From the NCBI RefSeq assembly GCF_004010195.1, contig NC_057711.1:75196888-75216887 (forward strand): a stretch of DNA of 20,000 bases. The letters are read 5' to 3'. A model generated the notes under the pieces. The model was given only the letters and a program-made list of their open reading frames with translations, did not search any database and had not been told where the DNA came from. This document shows, one piece after another, positions 19,996 to 20,000 of the stretch (its first letter is position 1; the number at the start of each line of letters is the position of its first letter). Position numbers and translations under genes: made by a program. This stretch comes from Chiloscyllium plagiosum (taxonomy: Eukaryota).

Positions 19996-20000
19996 GTAGC

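Overview
Eukaryotic (vertebrate) non-coding DNA made mostly of decayed transposable elements. It is very probably from a cartilaginous fish, based on an HE1-type V-SINE and shark-like CR1, L2 and Penelope repeats. No host protein-coding exon is supported. Contents: (i) a near full-length minus-strand CR1 LINE (4304-9228; zinc-finger/leucine-zipper plus SGNH-esterase ORF1, APE endonuclease plus RT ORF2) carrying a nested SINE and a nested CR1 3' end; (ii) three more CR1 ORF1 copies, one with an open esterase domain (19370-19995); (iii) several CR1 and L2 3' fragments; (iv) two copies of a second CR1/L2-group LINE family and two copies of a tRNA-derived SINE sharing its tail; (v) four Penelope-like insertions carrying five minimal hammerhead-ribozyme motifs; (vi) an ~88-bp tandem array upstream of a CR1 ORF1. 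The most interesting observations are the hammerhead motifs, a long diverged palindrome split by the big CR1, the monomer-like 5' array, an internally deleted bipartite LINE and a hairpin-dense segment at 3091-3315. I see no convincing wholly new biological system. All alignments and folds were done by eye.
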